From the NCBI GenBank assembly GCA_044440125.1, contig JBITAJ010000022.1, forward strand, positions 192,001 to 256,000: a stretch of DNA of 64,000 nt, written 5' to 3'. Each line of letters starts with the position of its first letter. Within the stretch, counting starts at the first letter, position 1. The DNA is from Sedimentisphaeraceae bacterium JB056. Lineage in GTDB: Bacteria > Planctomycetota > Phycisphaerae > Sedimentisphaerales > Sedimentisphaeraceae. A model generated the notes under the pieces. That model made no database searches. It saw only the letters and a list, made by a program, of their open reading frames with translations, and was not told the origin of the DNA. The position numbers and the translations under genes are program-made. Shown here one piece after another: positions 27,916-37,630 of the stretch.

Positions 27916-30663
27916 TTAATAATAAAGTGATTCTGTCAGCCAGTTATTTGCCAGAACTGTCATATCCAGCATATTTGTAACACAATCACCATTCATGTCT
28001 GAAGCATTAAATGAGCCACAGGTATCTTCATACTGAACCCTGACGCTATCAATATCAATAGTACCTGTTCCGCTTGTACCATCAGCTTCAGGACTCCAGC
28101 AGCCAAAAAGAATAGCTGTAACCTGATCAAGGCCTGCCTTATCAGCACCAACAAGCTCGTCAAGGTTAGCTGTCCACTCTGTCCAACCAGTAGGTGAATA
28201 TGTCGATCCTTCTGCTCTTTCCAGCCATACACCCTGACCGGCAAGATTAGCAACGTCGACTGCTCCTTCAAAGAATTTCACATAAAGCAGGTTTTCCTGA
28301 CTGTTGCCGGGATGACGATTGAGATAAACCTTAACTGACTGAGCAGTTCTCAGGTCAATAGCAGAATCAAGAGTCATAACAATGTCTGTGTAATCCTGAC
28401 CGTTTCCGCTTATATCGTTGGCGTCATAAACCCATCTCAGAGCCTGACTGCCTTCATAGGCATCAGCCGGATTAGTCAGCAGAGTAAAGGTGCTGCTTGT
28501 AGTAGAACCATTGAACGCAGCCCAATAGAATTCCTGCCACTTAGCATTAAGTGCCGCCTGATCTGCATAACTCTCAAAATCATCAACAACTGAAGTATTG
28601 CCGGCAATCACATTACCGCTGAGCCATTCACCTGCAACCTGAGTCAGATCATCACTGTTAACAGCAAGGTCATAGTTCATATCAGCAGCATTAAGACCAT
28701 TGCCTTTAACTACCTCTACATTATCAAGCAGATAACTTCCTGTTGACTTTGCAGAACCGTCACCATTGAATATAGTGAAGGCAATATTCACTGCCGCCAC
28801 AGAAGGTGATTGCACAGTGTAATAATAATCGAAAAGACCGTAAACGGTATCAGGATCAAAGAATTTGGTCCCGTACAAGCCAAGATAAGCCCCAGCACCA
28901 TCAAATTCTGAAACAGTCAACAGAATCTGAGTATCATCACCTGTGGCATTCTTCGCAGCAAACGAAACTCTCATCTTATCGCCTTGAGAAGCACTGATTT
29001 TGTAATCGTTGCGATCAAGAGCCTGATCTACACCGGCAGTCGTTACTGTCATAAGAGCGGCATTGCTGCCTTCATAAGCATCGTTACTGATGGTATAATC
29101 GGCAACAGATCCGCCTACAGCATAATATCTCCAATAATCAAAGTTTCTCTCAAAACCAGGATTGGTTACATACTGTGGATTAACTAACTTTACATCATCG
29201 ATAAGTATCTGTCCTGTCGCCTTCGCACTAAGATCCAGAGTAAATATCGTAAAGCCTATATTAAGTTTAGCACATGCAGTATTCGCAACTTGATATGTGA
29301 ACTCATATTCGTTATATGCAGTATCTGGAACAAAATCAAACAGCCCGTTGAAGTTACCAAGATATGTACCGTTTGCATCAAACTCAGAAACAGTAAACCT
29401 TACAGTTCTTTCCTCTGCACTGAGCCTTTTAGCAGCAAAGCTGAAGGTTAGTATTTCGTTTGGATCATTAGGTATTTTTACAAACTCTCTGTCAAGAGCA
29501 TGATCGCCGCCACCTACAGTAATATCCATGAGAGCTGCACTGTTGCCTTCATAAGCATCGCTGCTGATAGTGTAGCTGCCTGCTGCTCCAGCCACTGCAT
29601 AGCCTCTCCAACCAGTAAAACCGTTCTCAAAATCACCGTTAGGAATTCTAACTGACGGCACTAATACAACATCATCAATCAAATAATGGCCTTCGCTTTT
29701 GAGACCAAACTCATCATATATACCAAAGTTTATATTCATCTTTCTTGTTGATGGATTTGAAACTGAATAATAGAGTTCAGTTACACCATAAACACCATCA
29801 CCTGAGCTCAGAGAAAATTCGCTTTGGCCAAGGAACGTTGTATTATCTGCCCATTCTGAAACAAATAATTTGAGTGTTGTATTGCCGGTAGAGACCTTCT
29901 TAGTTGCCGCAGAAATCTTGAATACATCACCTGTCTGTGCAGGGAATCGACTTTCCCATCTATCAAGACCATGATCGCCGCCACCTGTTGTTATCTCAAA
30001 AGAAAAAGCATTGCTGCCTTCATACGCATCTGAAGAGAGACCGAAGTTACCTGTACCTCCGCCTACAGCATAAGCTCTCCAGCCATTAGTACCATCTTCA
30101 AAGCCGCCATTATAAACAAGAACACTCTCAGAAAGCGTAACATCGTCAATATAATAATGACCTACAGTAGTCAGACCAAAATCATCTACAATCCTGAATC
30201 CAATATTTATATATGCAGTTGTCGGATTCGAAATGAATTTAACCACTGAATACACGTTGTAAACATCATTCACAGGAGCAAAAAAGTAATTTTCCTGAAG
30301 CCCAAGAAAAGCACCGGAATCATTGAACTCTGCTACTGAAACCATCAATCTTGTACTACCTGTAGATATTTTTTTAGATGCGAATGAAATATTAATCGCA
30401 TCACCCTGCGTTACAGAAACTCTTCTAGAATCTCTATCTAAAGCGGTGTCACCACCGGGGAATGAAGTGATCTCAAAGGAAGCTGCATTACTGCCGCTGT
30501 AAGCATCATTCACTATAGTAAAATTAGCCGCAGCCCCACCAACCGCGTAATAACGCCAATCAGTGAAATTGTCCTCAAAGCCACCATTGGTAAGCTCAAA
30601 TGCTGATGTTATACCAACAAAAGCAAACAACAAGAGAAATATTAAAACACAATTAGTTCTCAT
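27916..30663 (-). CDS. Secreted protein with four tandem CBM4/9-like repeats and a dockerin-like pair split by a CBM11-like domain
   Basis: Four ~160-aa repeats starting N(G/P)xFE...WRxYAV(G/A)G, each with an LDR motif; DMNYDLAVNSDDL...EWL and DMNGDCVTNMLDM...NWL; start MRTNC (GGAGG RBS). Confidence 0.8.
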   Translation of the reverse strand: MRTNCVLIFLLLFAFVGITSAFELTNGGFEDNFTDWRYYAVGGAAANFTIVNDAYSGSNAASFEITSFPGGDTALDRDSRRVSVTQGDAINISFASKKISTGSTRLMVSVAEFNDSGAFLGLQENYFFAPVNDVYNVYSVVKFISNPTTAYINIGFRIVDDFGLTTVGHYYIDDVTLSESVLVYNGGFEDGTNGWRAYAVGGGTGNFGLSSDAYEGSNAFSFEITTGGGDHGLDRWESRFPAQTGDVFKISAATKKVSTGNTTLKLFVSEWADNTTFLGQSEFSLSSGDGVYGVTELYYSVSNPSTRKMNINFGIYDEFGLKSEGHYLIDDVVLVPSVRIPNGDFENGFTGWRGYAVAGAAGSYTISSDAYEGNSAALMDITVGGGDHALDREFVKIPNDPNEILTFSFAAKRLSAEERTVRFTVSEFDANGTYLGNFNGLFDFVPDTAYNEYEFTYQVANTACAKLNIGFTIFTLDLSAKATGQILIDDVKLVNPQYVTNPGFERNFDYWRYYAVGGSVADYTISNDAYEGSNAALMTVTTAGVDQALDRNDYKISASQGDKMRVSFAAKNATGDDTQILLTVSEFDGAGAYLGLYGTKFFDPDTVYGLFDYYYTVQSPSVAAVNIAFTIFNGDGSAKSTGSYLLDNVEVVKGNGLNAADMNYDLAVNSDDLTQVAGEWLSGNVIAGNTSVVDDFESYADQAALNAKWQEFYWAAFNGSTTSSTFTLLTNPADAYEGSQALRWVYDANDISGNGQDYTDIVMTLDSAIDLRTAQSVKVYLNRHPGNSQENLLYVKFFEGAVDVANLAGQGVWLERAEGSTYSPTGWTEWTANLDELVGADKAGLDQVTAILFGCWSPEADGTSGTGTIDIDSVRVQYEDTCGSFNASDMNGDCVTNMLDMTVLANNWLTESLYY

Positions 30664-30685
30664 AGGAACCTCCAAAAAAATAACA

Positions 30686-32656
30686 TTAATATATTTTGGT
30701 TAAATAAAACCCTTCAACTGCAATTCTGTCACCAGCGTTCAATCCTATTCTTATATCCGCACCAAAATTCATTGTGCTGTCGAAATAAGCATCCTTAAAC
30801 ACAAACGTCTTTGTAATCCACTTTCCTGTGCCGTTAGTATTAATGAAACCAGCATCGTCATAGGAAGAATAGTAACTGTTATACTGAATCGAATACCTGC
30901 AATCAGGCATATCAAAATATGTAAATTCAAATTTCAAATTTTCTTTTGTCTTAAACGTGAAATTATCATTGACTCGCATGTAAACGAACGAAGGCATGTT
31001 GTCGGACTCTGATTTGCTTACGGCACATTGGTATCCTTCATAATCTTCTATAGCTGAAGGGCCATCAAAAGCCTGTACCAAAGATATGCCGTTTTCAATA
31101 CCCTGCTTTAATGAAACGAAATCCTTATCCCATTGAGGGTCGGCCATGCTTCGCTTACTGCCTCTGCCTCGATTCTCCAATGTTTGACTTAGACAATAAG
31201 ATTTCATCATATCAGTATTCGTCTTGTTACGATATACATCAATCAGATCGTCACCGGTCTTAACCATCCATTTTTCAAGTTTACTGCGATAGTTACTGAG
31301 CTTGCTTTGATATTCAGATTTTCCCGCAAGATTTTCAAGACAATCAGGATCATTCTGAATATCATAAAGTTCCTCAACAGTTCTGTTGAGATAGAAATTC
31401 ACCCGCTTAGCAATCGTAGAATTTGTCACTGCGGCTTCTTCCATTGCTTTTAATGTTAGCCCGCTACCGGCATCGCCGCCTCCGAAACTGCTTCCCGGGT
31501 AACACCAGCCATTGAAAATATAAGCATAGTTTGAATCCTGAATGCATCTCATCGGATAGAACGTATTATCTGTAGCAGTATGATACTCTGTGCAAACAAA
31601 ATCAAAACGATCCGCTTCTTCACCCTGTAGCAAAGACCAGAAAGAACTGCCATCCATTACAGCAGGCATCTTATACCCAAAAGCGTCAAGAATAGTCGGA
31701 GCAATATCGATAGCACTTATGATATTATTATCAACTAAACTACCCGCTTTTACTTTGTCTTTCCAGCTAACAATCATACAAGTCTTAGTACTGTTGACAT
31801 AAGCATTACTCTTAGCAAAAGGAACCGCCATACCGTGATCAGAAAGAAATACGATCATGGTATTATCCATAGTTCCGCTATCGCTTACGGCCTTAAGTAT
31901 CATACCAACTGTATCATCAGCTCTACGGCAAGAACTGTAATATTGAGCCATTTCCTTGCGTATATCAGGCAGATCGGGAAGAAAACCCGGAACCTCAATA
32001 TCGTCTTCATTATATACTTTGCTTGGAATAGCAATTTGATCTTTGAGTTTGTTGTATGTCCCGTCAAAACTCTCTTGCTCACTTCCATGAAATGGCCTGT
32101 GAGGGTCAAGCGAATTAGCCATTATAAAAAAGGGTTTATTGCGAGATTTAGCGGTTTTGATCTGATCAGTTACAACATTATAATATATCTCTGGATTCCT
32201 GCCGTAACCGACATTTGAGTAATGCTCTGTGAAATCCCATCTGTGTGACTCTACCGATCCTACCACCTTACAAATACACGCATTATAATAACCGTCTTTT
32301 TTCAGGATTGCACCAAGAGTCGGAACATTATCATACAGATCGGTGAAACCTTTGGCTCCGTTTTTGTGCGGATACTGACCTGTAAGAATAGCTTGTCTGC
32401 TCGGAGTGCAAACAGCACATGCTATATGTGCATTTTTGAAGCGAACTCCGCCTGAGGCCAAAGTATCAATATTCGGAGTAAGATCTTTTACACAGCCACC
32501 AAAACATCCCGGACTGTCAAAGTTCATATCATCAACAGTAATAATAAGCAAGTTTGGCTTTGAACCTGCTTTTGGGGTAGATGCATCAGAAACCTTACCG
32601 CAAAAAGCAGCTGAGATTGATGCCAAAGAGAATTTCATAAAATCTCTACGTAACAT
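30686..32656 (-). CDS. Cys-type sulfatase (N-sulfoglucosamine sulfohydrolase-like), Tat-exported, with a C-terminal CBM-like module
   Basis: RRDFMK Tat motif; PNLLIITVDD, CTPSR, DPHRPF and SDHGMAVPFAK motifs. Confidence 0.9.
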   Translation of the reverse strand: MLRRDFMKFSLASISAAFCGKVSDASTPKAGSKPNLLIITVDDMNFDSPGCFGGCVKDLTPNIDTLASGGVRFKNAHIACAVCTPSRQAILTGQYPHKNGAKGFTDLYDNVPTLGAILKKDGYYNACICKVVGSVESHRWDFTEHYSNVGYGRNPEIYYNVVTDQIKTAKSRNKPFFIMANSLDPHRPFHGSEQESFDGTYNKLKDQIAIPSKVYNEDDIEVPGFLPDLPDIRKEMAQYYSSCRRADDTVGMILKAVSDSGTMDNTMIVFLSDHGMAVPFAKSNAYVNSTKTCMIVSWKDKVKAGSLVDNNIISAIDIAPTILDAFGYKMPAVMDGSSFWSLLQGEEADRFDFVCTEYHTATDNTFYPMRCIQDSNYAYIFNGWCYPGSSFGGGDAGSGLTLKAMEEAAVTNSTIAKRVNFYLNRTVEELYDIQNDPDCLENLAGKSEYQSKLSNYRSKLEKWMVKTGDDLIDVYRNKTNTDMMKSYCLSQTLENRGRGSKRSMADPQWDKDFVSLKQGIENGISLVQAFDGPSAIEDYEGYQCAVSKSESDNMPSFVYMRVNDNFTFKTKENLKFEFTYFDMPDCRYSIQYNSYYSSYDDAGFINTNGTGKWITKTFVFKDAYFDSTMNFGADIRIGLNAGDRIAVEGFYLTKIY

Positions 32657-32657
32657 T

Positions 32658-33815
32658 TTATCCTATAACCCCAACACTACTTTGCCTTACTTTAAGCTCA
32701 ACAGGAACTATTCTATTGATTCTCTGATATGCCAAAGATGGATTACCTATTATACTCTCAAGAAGCTTCGCTGCCTCATAACCAACTTTTTCATCAAACT
32801 GTGCTACGCTGCTAAGAGGCACATCCATTCTTTCACAGTAAGGCTTATCACCGAAACCTACAACAAAGAAGTTTTCACCAAGACACCACCCATGATCCCT
32901 TGCCGCTTCACTTATAACTCTTGCAGCATCATCATTAGTACAAAAAACACAACACTTATCCGATGTCACCGATTCAATGAGCTTCAAACCCTTCTCGTAT
33001 GCCGGCTTCTCCCATTCAGTAGAGTTTATTCCAGAAGACTGATTTTCTGCCAGCGGAATCTCCCATAAATAATCGTTGGCAAAATCAAGATGCGTAAAGT
33101 GTTCTTTCATCGCCTGATACCAACCTTGATGCCTCAGATGAGATGAACTTGGTCGACCGGTATGCCCGAAATAATAGACAGGACAATCATGCTGATCTAT
33201 CAGATGGTTTGTTGCAATATAACCACCGGAAAAATTGTCTACGCATGCAGAACTAATATCCAGATTAAGGAAGAACCTGTCAACAAAAACAATCTTAACA
33301 CCTTTTTTCTGCACCTTTTTTAAGGAAGCTATATATTCCTTTGTATCAATAGGATACACAATAAGTCCATCAACTCCTTCTGACTCTGCAACAAGGACAT
33401 CTGGATTGTAGGGATGAGCAAAAGAGGAGTCAACAACCTTCATCTCATACCCGTTAGCATCTACAAAATCACTTATCCCCTTCTCAAGATTTAAGAACTG
33501 TGCATCATTACACCATCTGTGAAAAGCAAATTTAAGAACTTCTTTATTATCATTTTTAAGAACAACAGGGCCTTTGCCTCTGCCGGCTTCACACTTGATA
33601 AGATTTTCCTGTTCGAGTAAATCGAGAGCATTCTTGATGGTAGGATATGCGATATTCCATTCTTTCATCATTTCTGATATTGCAGGAAGCCTCATGCCAG
33701 CTTTCACACCGGAAGAATTGATTTGTAATTTGATGTGCTCGGCAACCTGCTCATATATAGGTTTGTTTTTACCCGGACGGGTATCTATATCTATATTATC
33801 CAAAACTTTTATCAT
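32658..33815 (-). CDS. GntR-family regulator with a LacI-type effector domain (AraR-like architecture)
   Basis: PIYEQVAEHI...GMRLP...TIKNALDLL..ENLI...GKG winged HTH; VFVDR, NDD and VVGFGD sugar-binding domain; start MIKVL. Confidence 0.9.
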   Translation of the reverse strand: MIKVLDNIDIDTRPGKNKPIYEQVAEHIKLQINSSGVKAGMRLPAISEMMKEWNIAYPTIKNALDLLEQENLIKCEAGRGKGPVVLKNDNKEVLKFAFHRWCNDAQFLNLEKGISDFVDANGYEMKVVDSSFAHPYNPDVLVAESEGVDGLIVYPIDTKEYIASLKKVQKKGVKIVFVDRFFLNLDISSACVDNFSGGYIATNHLIDQHDCPVYYFGHTGRPSSSHLRHQGWYQAMKEHFTHLDFANDYLWEIPLAENQSSGINSTEWEKPAYEKGLKLIESVTSDKCCVFCTNDDAARVISEAARDHGWCLGENFFVVGFGDKPYCERMDVPLSSVAQFDEKVGYEAAKLLESIIGNPSLAYQRINRIVPVELKVRQSSVGVIG

Positions 33816-34040
33816 AAGCCTGCTTCCTATCGAAAACAATCACACAAATTTTAGCACCATCACTATATAACCCATATTAAAAAAAGTGCGGCAATTTAGC
33901 AAGCATTAAATCACTTATTTTTTAGTTTTTTGTAAATAATTTTTATATTAACATAAAATATACCAAATATTAAACTAAAACCTAAACACAAGAAAAGCAC
34001 ACAAAGCCTTTACAAAGAAACACTTAAAGAGTATCCCAAA

Positions 34041-34077
34041 AATATAACATAACCTCAAAAATAAGTTATGTTATATT
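34041..34077. promoter_or_regulatory. Perfect 13-bp inverted repeat (candidate operator or hairpin)
   Basis: AATATAACATAAC-N11-GTTATGTTATATT in the AT-rich gap between ccsA and the GntR gene. Confidence 0.5.
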
Positions 34078-34133
34078 AAAGTATTTTTTTAATGCACACC
34101 GTTGATAAACAAACAACATCATTTTTCTGGTTT

Positions 34134-34919
34134 TCAGCCAGCATAGTTATGCAGGCCGGTGAATACCCGGGAAAGATTAACCCAAACGAGCGTGAGAACT
34201 ATGAAAACCATGCCTATGATTACCAGCCAGTGGTTTATTAGTACATATTTGGTACCGAAACGATACCTGAAGTGGAGATATACGACAAATGCAAGCCAGC
34301 TTACCAGCGACCAGAGCTCTTTGGGGTCCCAGCCCCAGAAACGCCCCCATGCGACCTTGGCCCAGAAACAGCCCAGCAGCAGTCCCAGCGTTAGAAGCGG
34401 AAATCCCAGACACACCATAGTGTAACTGTCGGCCTCGGCTTTGACCCTTGCGGCGGATCGCGAAGGCATTATGGCTGCCGCTGATATTGCCGCGGCTTTG
34501 AACATCAGCACATAAGAAAGCATATAGGCCGCTACGTGAGGGCCGAAAAGAGCCGATTGCAGCGCCGGGGGCAGCAGTCGCGGCTGAGCGGAGAAAACGA
34601 ACCCGGCGGGAAAGATAAGCAGTATTGCGATGAAGATGTCGAGCAAAACACTGTCTATGGCGAGGTATTTTTGCGTAAACACCGAAAGCGGATAGACCAG
34701 TGCGGTAAGGCAAAGGAATATCTCAAAGATGGTCTGCATGGGTAAATGAGCGACCCATATCCACCTGTAAATAACGGCGGAAAAATTAATGATGAAACCG
34801 ACCATAAACAGCATATCCGAAAGTTTCACCTTTTTGGAGAGCCGCAAGGCATACGCAAGGACATAGCAAAACATCACCGCGTACAGAAATATCCCTATGA
34901 CCGATGTCTTAAGTTCCAC
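34134..34919 (-). CDS. ccsA: Cytochrome c biogenesis protein CcsA/ResC (system II)
   Basis: WGRFWGWDPKELWS (WWD motif), conserved His residues (HLP, HV, LH, LHNYA) and TM segments. Confidence 0.92.
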   Translation of the reverse strand: MELKTSVIGIFLYAVMFCYVLAYALRLSKKVKLSDMLFMVGFIINFSAVIYRWIWVAHLPMQTIFEIFLCLTALVYPLSVFTQKYLAIDSVLLDIFIAILLIFPAGFVFSAQPRLLPPALQSALFGPHVAAYMLSYVLMFKAAAISAAAIMPSRSAARVKAEADSYTMVCLGFPLLTLGLLLGCFWAKVAWGRFWGWDPKELWSLVSWLAFVVYLHFRYRFGTKYVLINHWLVIIGMVFIVLTLVWVNLSRVFTGLHNYAG

Positions 34920-35922
34920 TTATCCTCCTTCTTACCATGGAGCGGCGATCAAACCACATCAGGTAAAATATTCCGATCCCCAGCAGCCCAAAACCCATAT
35001 ACGAAATAAAAGCTCCCGAATCCGAATGCACCGAGAGCACTGTGTAGCTGCCGGCTTCGTCGTCGTACGACGACTGGTAAAAATGGTATCCGCCGTAATG
35101 AAGCGGCTTGTTGACCTCTAAAGCGTAAGTTTTAACGACCTGGTCATCTTCAATAACCTCTATCTCACTGACATAATCGCTGATGGTACGCTGATAGGAA
35201 ACGCCCGCCGTTTTCATCGGCCCCCCGCTCATCAAGCCCGGCTTGAAAGCATAGCGGTTAACAACTTTGCCGTCTGGGAGAGTTATTTTCACCTGCGCGG
35301 CATAGTTGAGTCCTTCGCCGGGCTTATCGGTAACCTCACGTTTGCCGCCGGCGATATCGATCTTGAAATTGTCAAATTTACGAACGATATCTATCTTAGT
35401 TCCGTCATCGAGTACGATATCTGTCGCCCTATCCGCGGGAAAACTGAGAACGTTGCTGCCGCCGGTATTTATGTAAATCTCATCCTGGGGATAATAAAGA
35501 ACCTTAAATTCATTGAGCCCGATCGAAAAAGGCAATTCTTCATATTCCTTGTTACCCGTATACACCTTATTATCGGCATATCCTTCAGGTATAAGCATAT
35601 TACCAGAATATATCTTGTTCGTATCGAAATACTTTTCGGAAAGCACGTGCCCTTTTTCCGAGCCGATCATGCCACCGGCAATTATCAGTATGGGCCCGAT
35701 ATGCACCGCGATAAGCCCAATATTGCGGCTGAGGGATCGATAGAATATGACCCCCGCGCAAAACATGACCAGAACCGCAAACCAGAAAACGATCATCGCC
35801 GTACTGTTAAAAAAGGTGCTCGCCTTATCGGCACCGAGAAACGCTCCGTATATCGAAAGTATTACAAGAACGACAAGCAGCAGTAGTGTAATATTTATGC
35901 TTATTTTACGTATGCTTTTCAT
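34909..35922 (-). CDS. resB: Cytochrome c biogenesis protein ResB/CcsB-like
   Basis: Three N-terminal TMs with VHIG; LPFSIGLNEF; VNKPLHYGGYHFYQSSY; overlaps the ccsA start. Confidence 0.85.
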   Translation of the reverse strand: MKSIRKISINITLLLLVVLVILSIYGAFLGADKASTFFNSTAMIVFWFAVLVMFCAGVIFYRSLSRNIGLIAVHIGPILIIAGGMIGSEKGHVLSEKYFDTNKIYSGNMLIPEGYADNKVYTGNKEYEELPFSIGLNEFKVLYYPQDEIYINTGGSNVLSFPADRATDIVLDDGTKIDIVRKFDNFKIDIAGGKREVTDKPGEGLNYAAQVKITLPDGKVVNRYAFKPGLMSGGPMKTAGVSYQRTISDYVSEIEVIEDDQVVKTYALEVNKPLHYGGYHFYQSSYDDEAGSYTVLSVHSDSGAFISYMGFGLLGIGIFYLMWFDRRSMVRRRISGT

Positions 35923-35934
35923 AATTAAAGGGAC

Positions 35935-36747
35935 TCAGTATCCCGGCCCCCAGAATAGAGAGTTTTCTTCGGCGTTGACGAGACGTTTATCCGGCCAGAA
36001 CATATAGCCGCCGTCTGCGTATGGCCAGGGTATCATGGACCTGTCGGTCGTGCAATCGATGCCCCTTGTCAACTCGATATGGCCGTCAACGAATAAAATG
36101 TTCATCGAGCCACTGTGGTAAAAACCGCTTGTCATGCGGTGATGTCCGTCGAGACGCAGGGCGGAACGCATGGTATTGGGGTGTTTGGCGTCATAAATCT
36201 GGCCGCAGTAGCTCGTTTCACCCATAAGCATACATTGTGAGGGACTCTTGATCTGGTCGAACCGGAAGTTTGCCGCCGGGCCGAACTGAATGCTCCTACC
36301 GTCGATGCCATCAGCATCATAGTAACCGTTAAGAGCATAACTGGTCATTCCCACTTTGTGTGGATATCCGCGGAAACCCATCGGATAGGGGTCCCTGTCT
36401 TCGGGGCATTTCCAAAGCTGCGGGTAAGGGTCGGCAAGCATATCTTTGACCCTGCCGTGCTGAACGTAGGGTGTCAGTATCACGTGCCAGAGGCTCTCGA
36501 CCTCTGCGGTGGTGTGAGCAAAGAGCATTTCGCGGGCTGTGATTATATAATTATCATAATCGTGGGCGTAAAGATCCATCGCCATTCTTATCTGACGAAT
36601 ACTGTCTGAGCATTGGAGCTTACGCGCACTGCCCTTTGCCTTGCTCAGGGCCGGCATAAGAACCGACATCAGCACCGTAATAACGGCGATAACCACCAGC
36701 AGCTCAATCAGCGTGAATCCGGCCGCTTTTGTTTCTTTTTTCTGCAT
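35935..36747 (-). CDS. Prepilin-type N-terminal domain protein with an H-X9-DG C-terminal motif
   Basis: [32 protein letters not shown]. Confidence 0.88.
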   Translation of the reverse strand: MQKKETKAAGFTLIELLVVIAVITVLMSVLMPALSKAKGSARKLQCSDSIRQIRMAMDLYAHDYDNYIITAREMLFAHTTAEVESLWHVILTPYVQHGRVKDMLADPYPQLWKCPEDRDPYPMGFRGYPHKVGMTSYALNGYYDADGIDGRSIQFGPAANFRFDQIKSPSQCMLMGETSYCGQIYDAKHPNTMRSALRLDGHHRMTSGFYHSGSMNILFVDGHIELTRGIDCTTDRSMIPWPYADGGYMFWPDKRLVNAEENSLFWGPGY

Positions 36748-36766
36748 ACCTTGCCAGTTTACTCGT

Positions 36767-37630
36767 TTAGTTAGAGCCCAGCCACATAGTTGAAAAATAT
36801 TTTATATCTTCTTCACCGACAATCCCGTTTCCGTCAAAATCGGCTCCAGCGTCGGCAGTAGCCCATTTTTCGGCTATCTCAGAAAAATCCTGATAGTTCA
36901 CGACGCCGCTTCTGTTTAAATCGGCCTTGAGAACGAACCGCGTATCAATATCTACCCGATCGATCATGCTGGCACCGAGCCTTTCAGGATCGGGAAGTTC
37001 AGGGTCAAAATAGGCCCATACCTTGATATAATCATTGTCTCCACCTTCGGCTACCTCGTAGACACTCGTATATCGATACCATAAAGCGGAGTATCCTTCG
37101 GCTTCATCGAGCATATCCACAGTTTCGCTTACCTTCTTAATCTCATCGATATCAGTGTATGCCGCATCCCTGGCGATCTCAACAGAAGCGACCTGTCCGC
37201 CGTCTTTGCGGGCATACACTATCGTCTGAACCCATAGCTGCCTGATCAGGTCCGAACCAGTGGCAACTGATGGCACGGTAAAGCCGACAGATGTATCACC
37301 CATTCCGCCATACATTGCGACCCTGCCGGTTTGTATTGACTCAGGCACATACATCCAGCCTTTCATATAAATATGCGAATTGTAAAACGAATCAAGCATC
37401 GGGTCGCCGTATGAATTAATCATATTCGGTTCTCCTTCAGGCAAACCGCCCAACGGAAGACCGGTAGTCACCATCGAGGGCGTGCCATATTCACCATCAT
37501 CACCGAAATCCCAGCTTTGATGAGTATAAGCCGTTTGTCCTTCCCACTGCGGCGGGCTGTCATAATCCGCCTGTATTTCAAAACTCAAAATCATAAGAAC
37601 CGTTATCGAAGTCAAAAACAGCTTATTCAT
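36767..37630 (-). CDS. Secreted hypothetical protein with a C-terminal dockerin-like module
   Basis: Start MNKLF; signal peptide; ADLNRSGVVNYQDFSEIAEKW...DFDGNGIVGEEDIKYFSTMWL. Confidence 0.7.
   Translation of the reverse strand: MNKLFLTSITVLMILSFEIQADYDSPPQWEGQTAYTHQSWDFGDDGEYGTPSMVTTGLPLGGLPEGEPNMINSYGDPMLDSFYNSHIYMKGWMYVPESIQTGRVAMYGGMGDTSVGFTVPSVATGSDLIRQLWVQTIVYARKDGGQVASVEIARDAAYTDIDEIKKVSETVDMLDEAEGYSALWYRYTSVYEVAEGGDNDYIKVWAYFDPELPDPERLGASMIDRVDIDTRFVLKADLNRSGVVNYQDFSEIAEKWATADAGADFDGNGIVGEEDIKYFSTMWLGSN

Noticed and set aside
34041..34077. Canonical dif site
   Set aside because: Two XerD-like arms lie 13 bp apart with no XerC-type arm at 6-bp spacing
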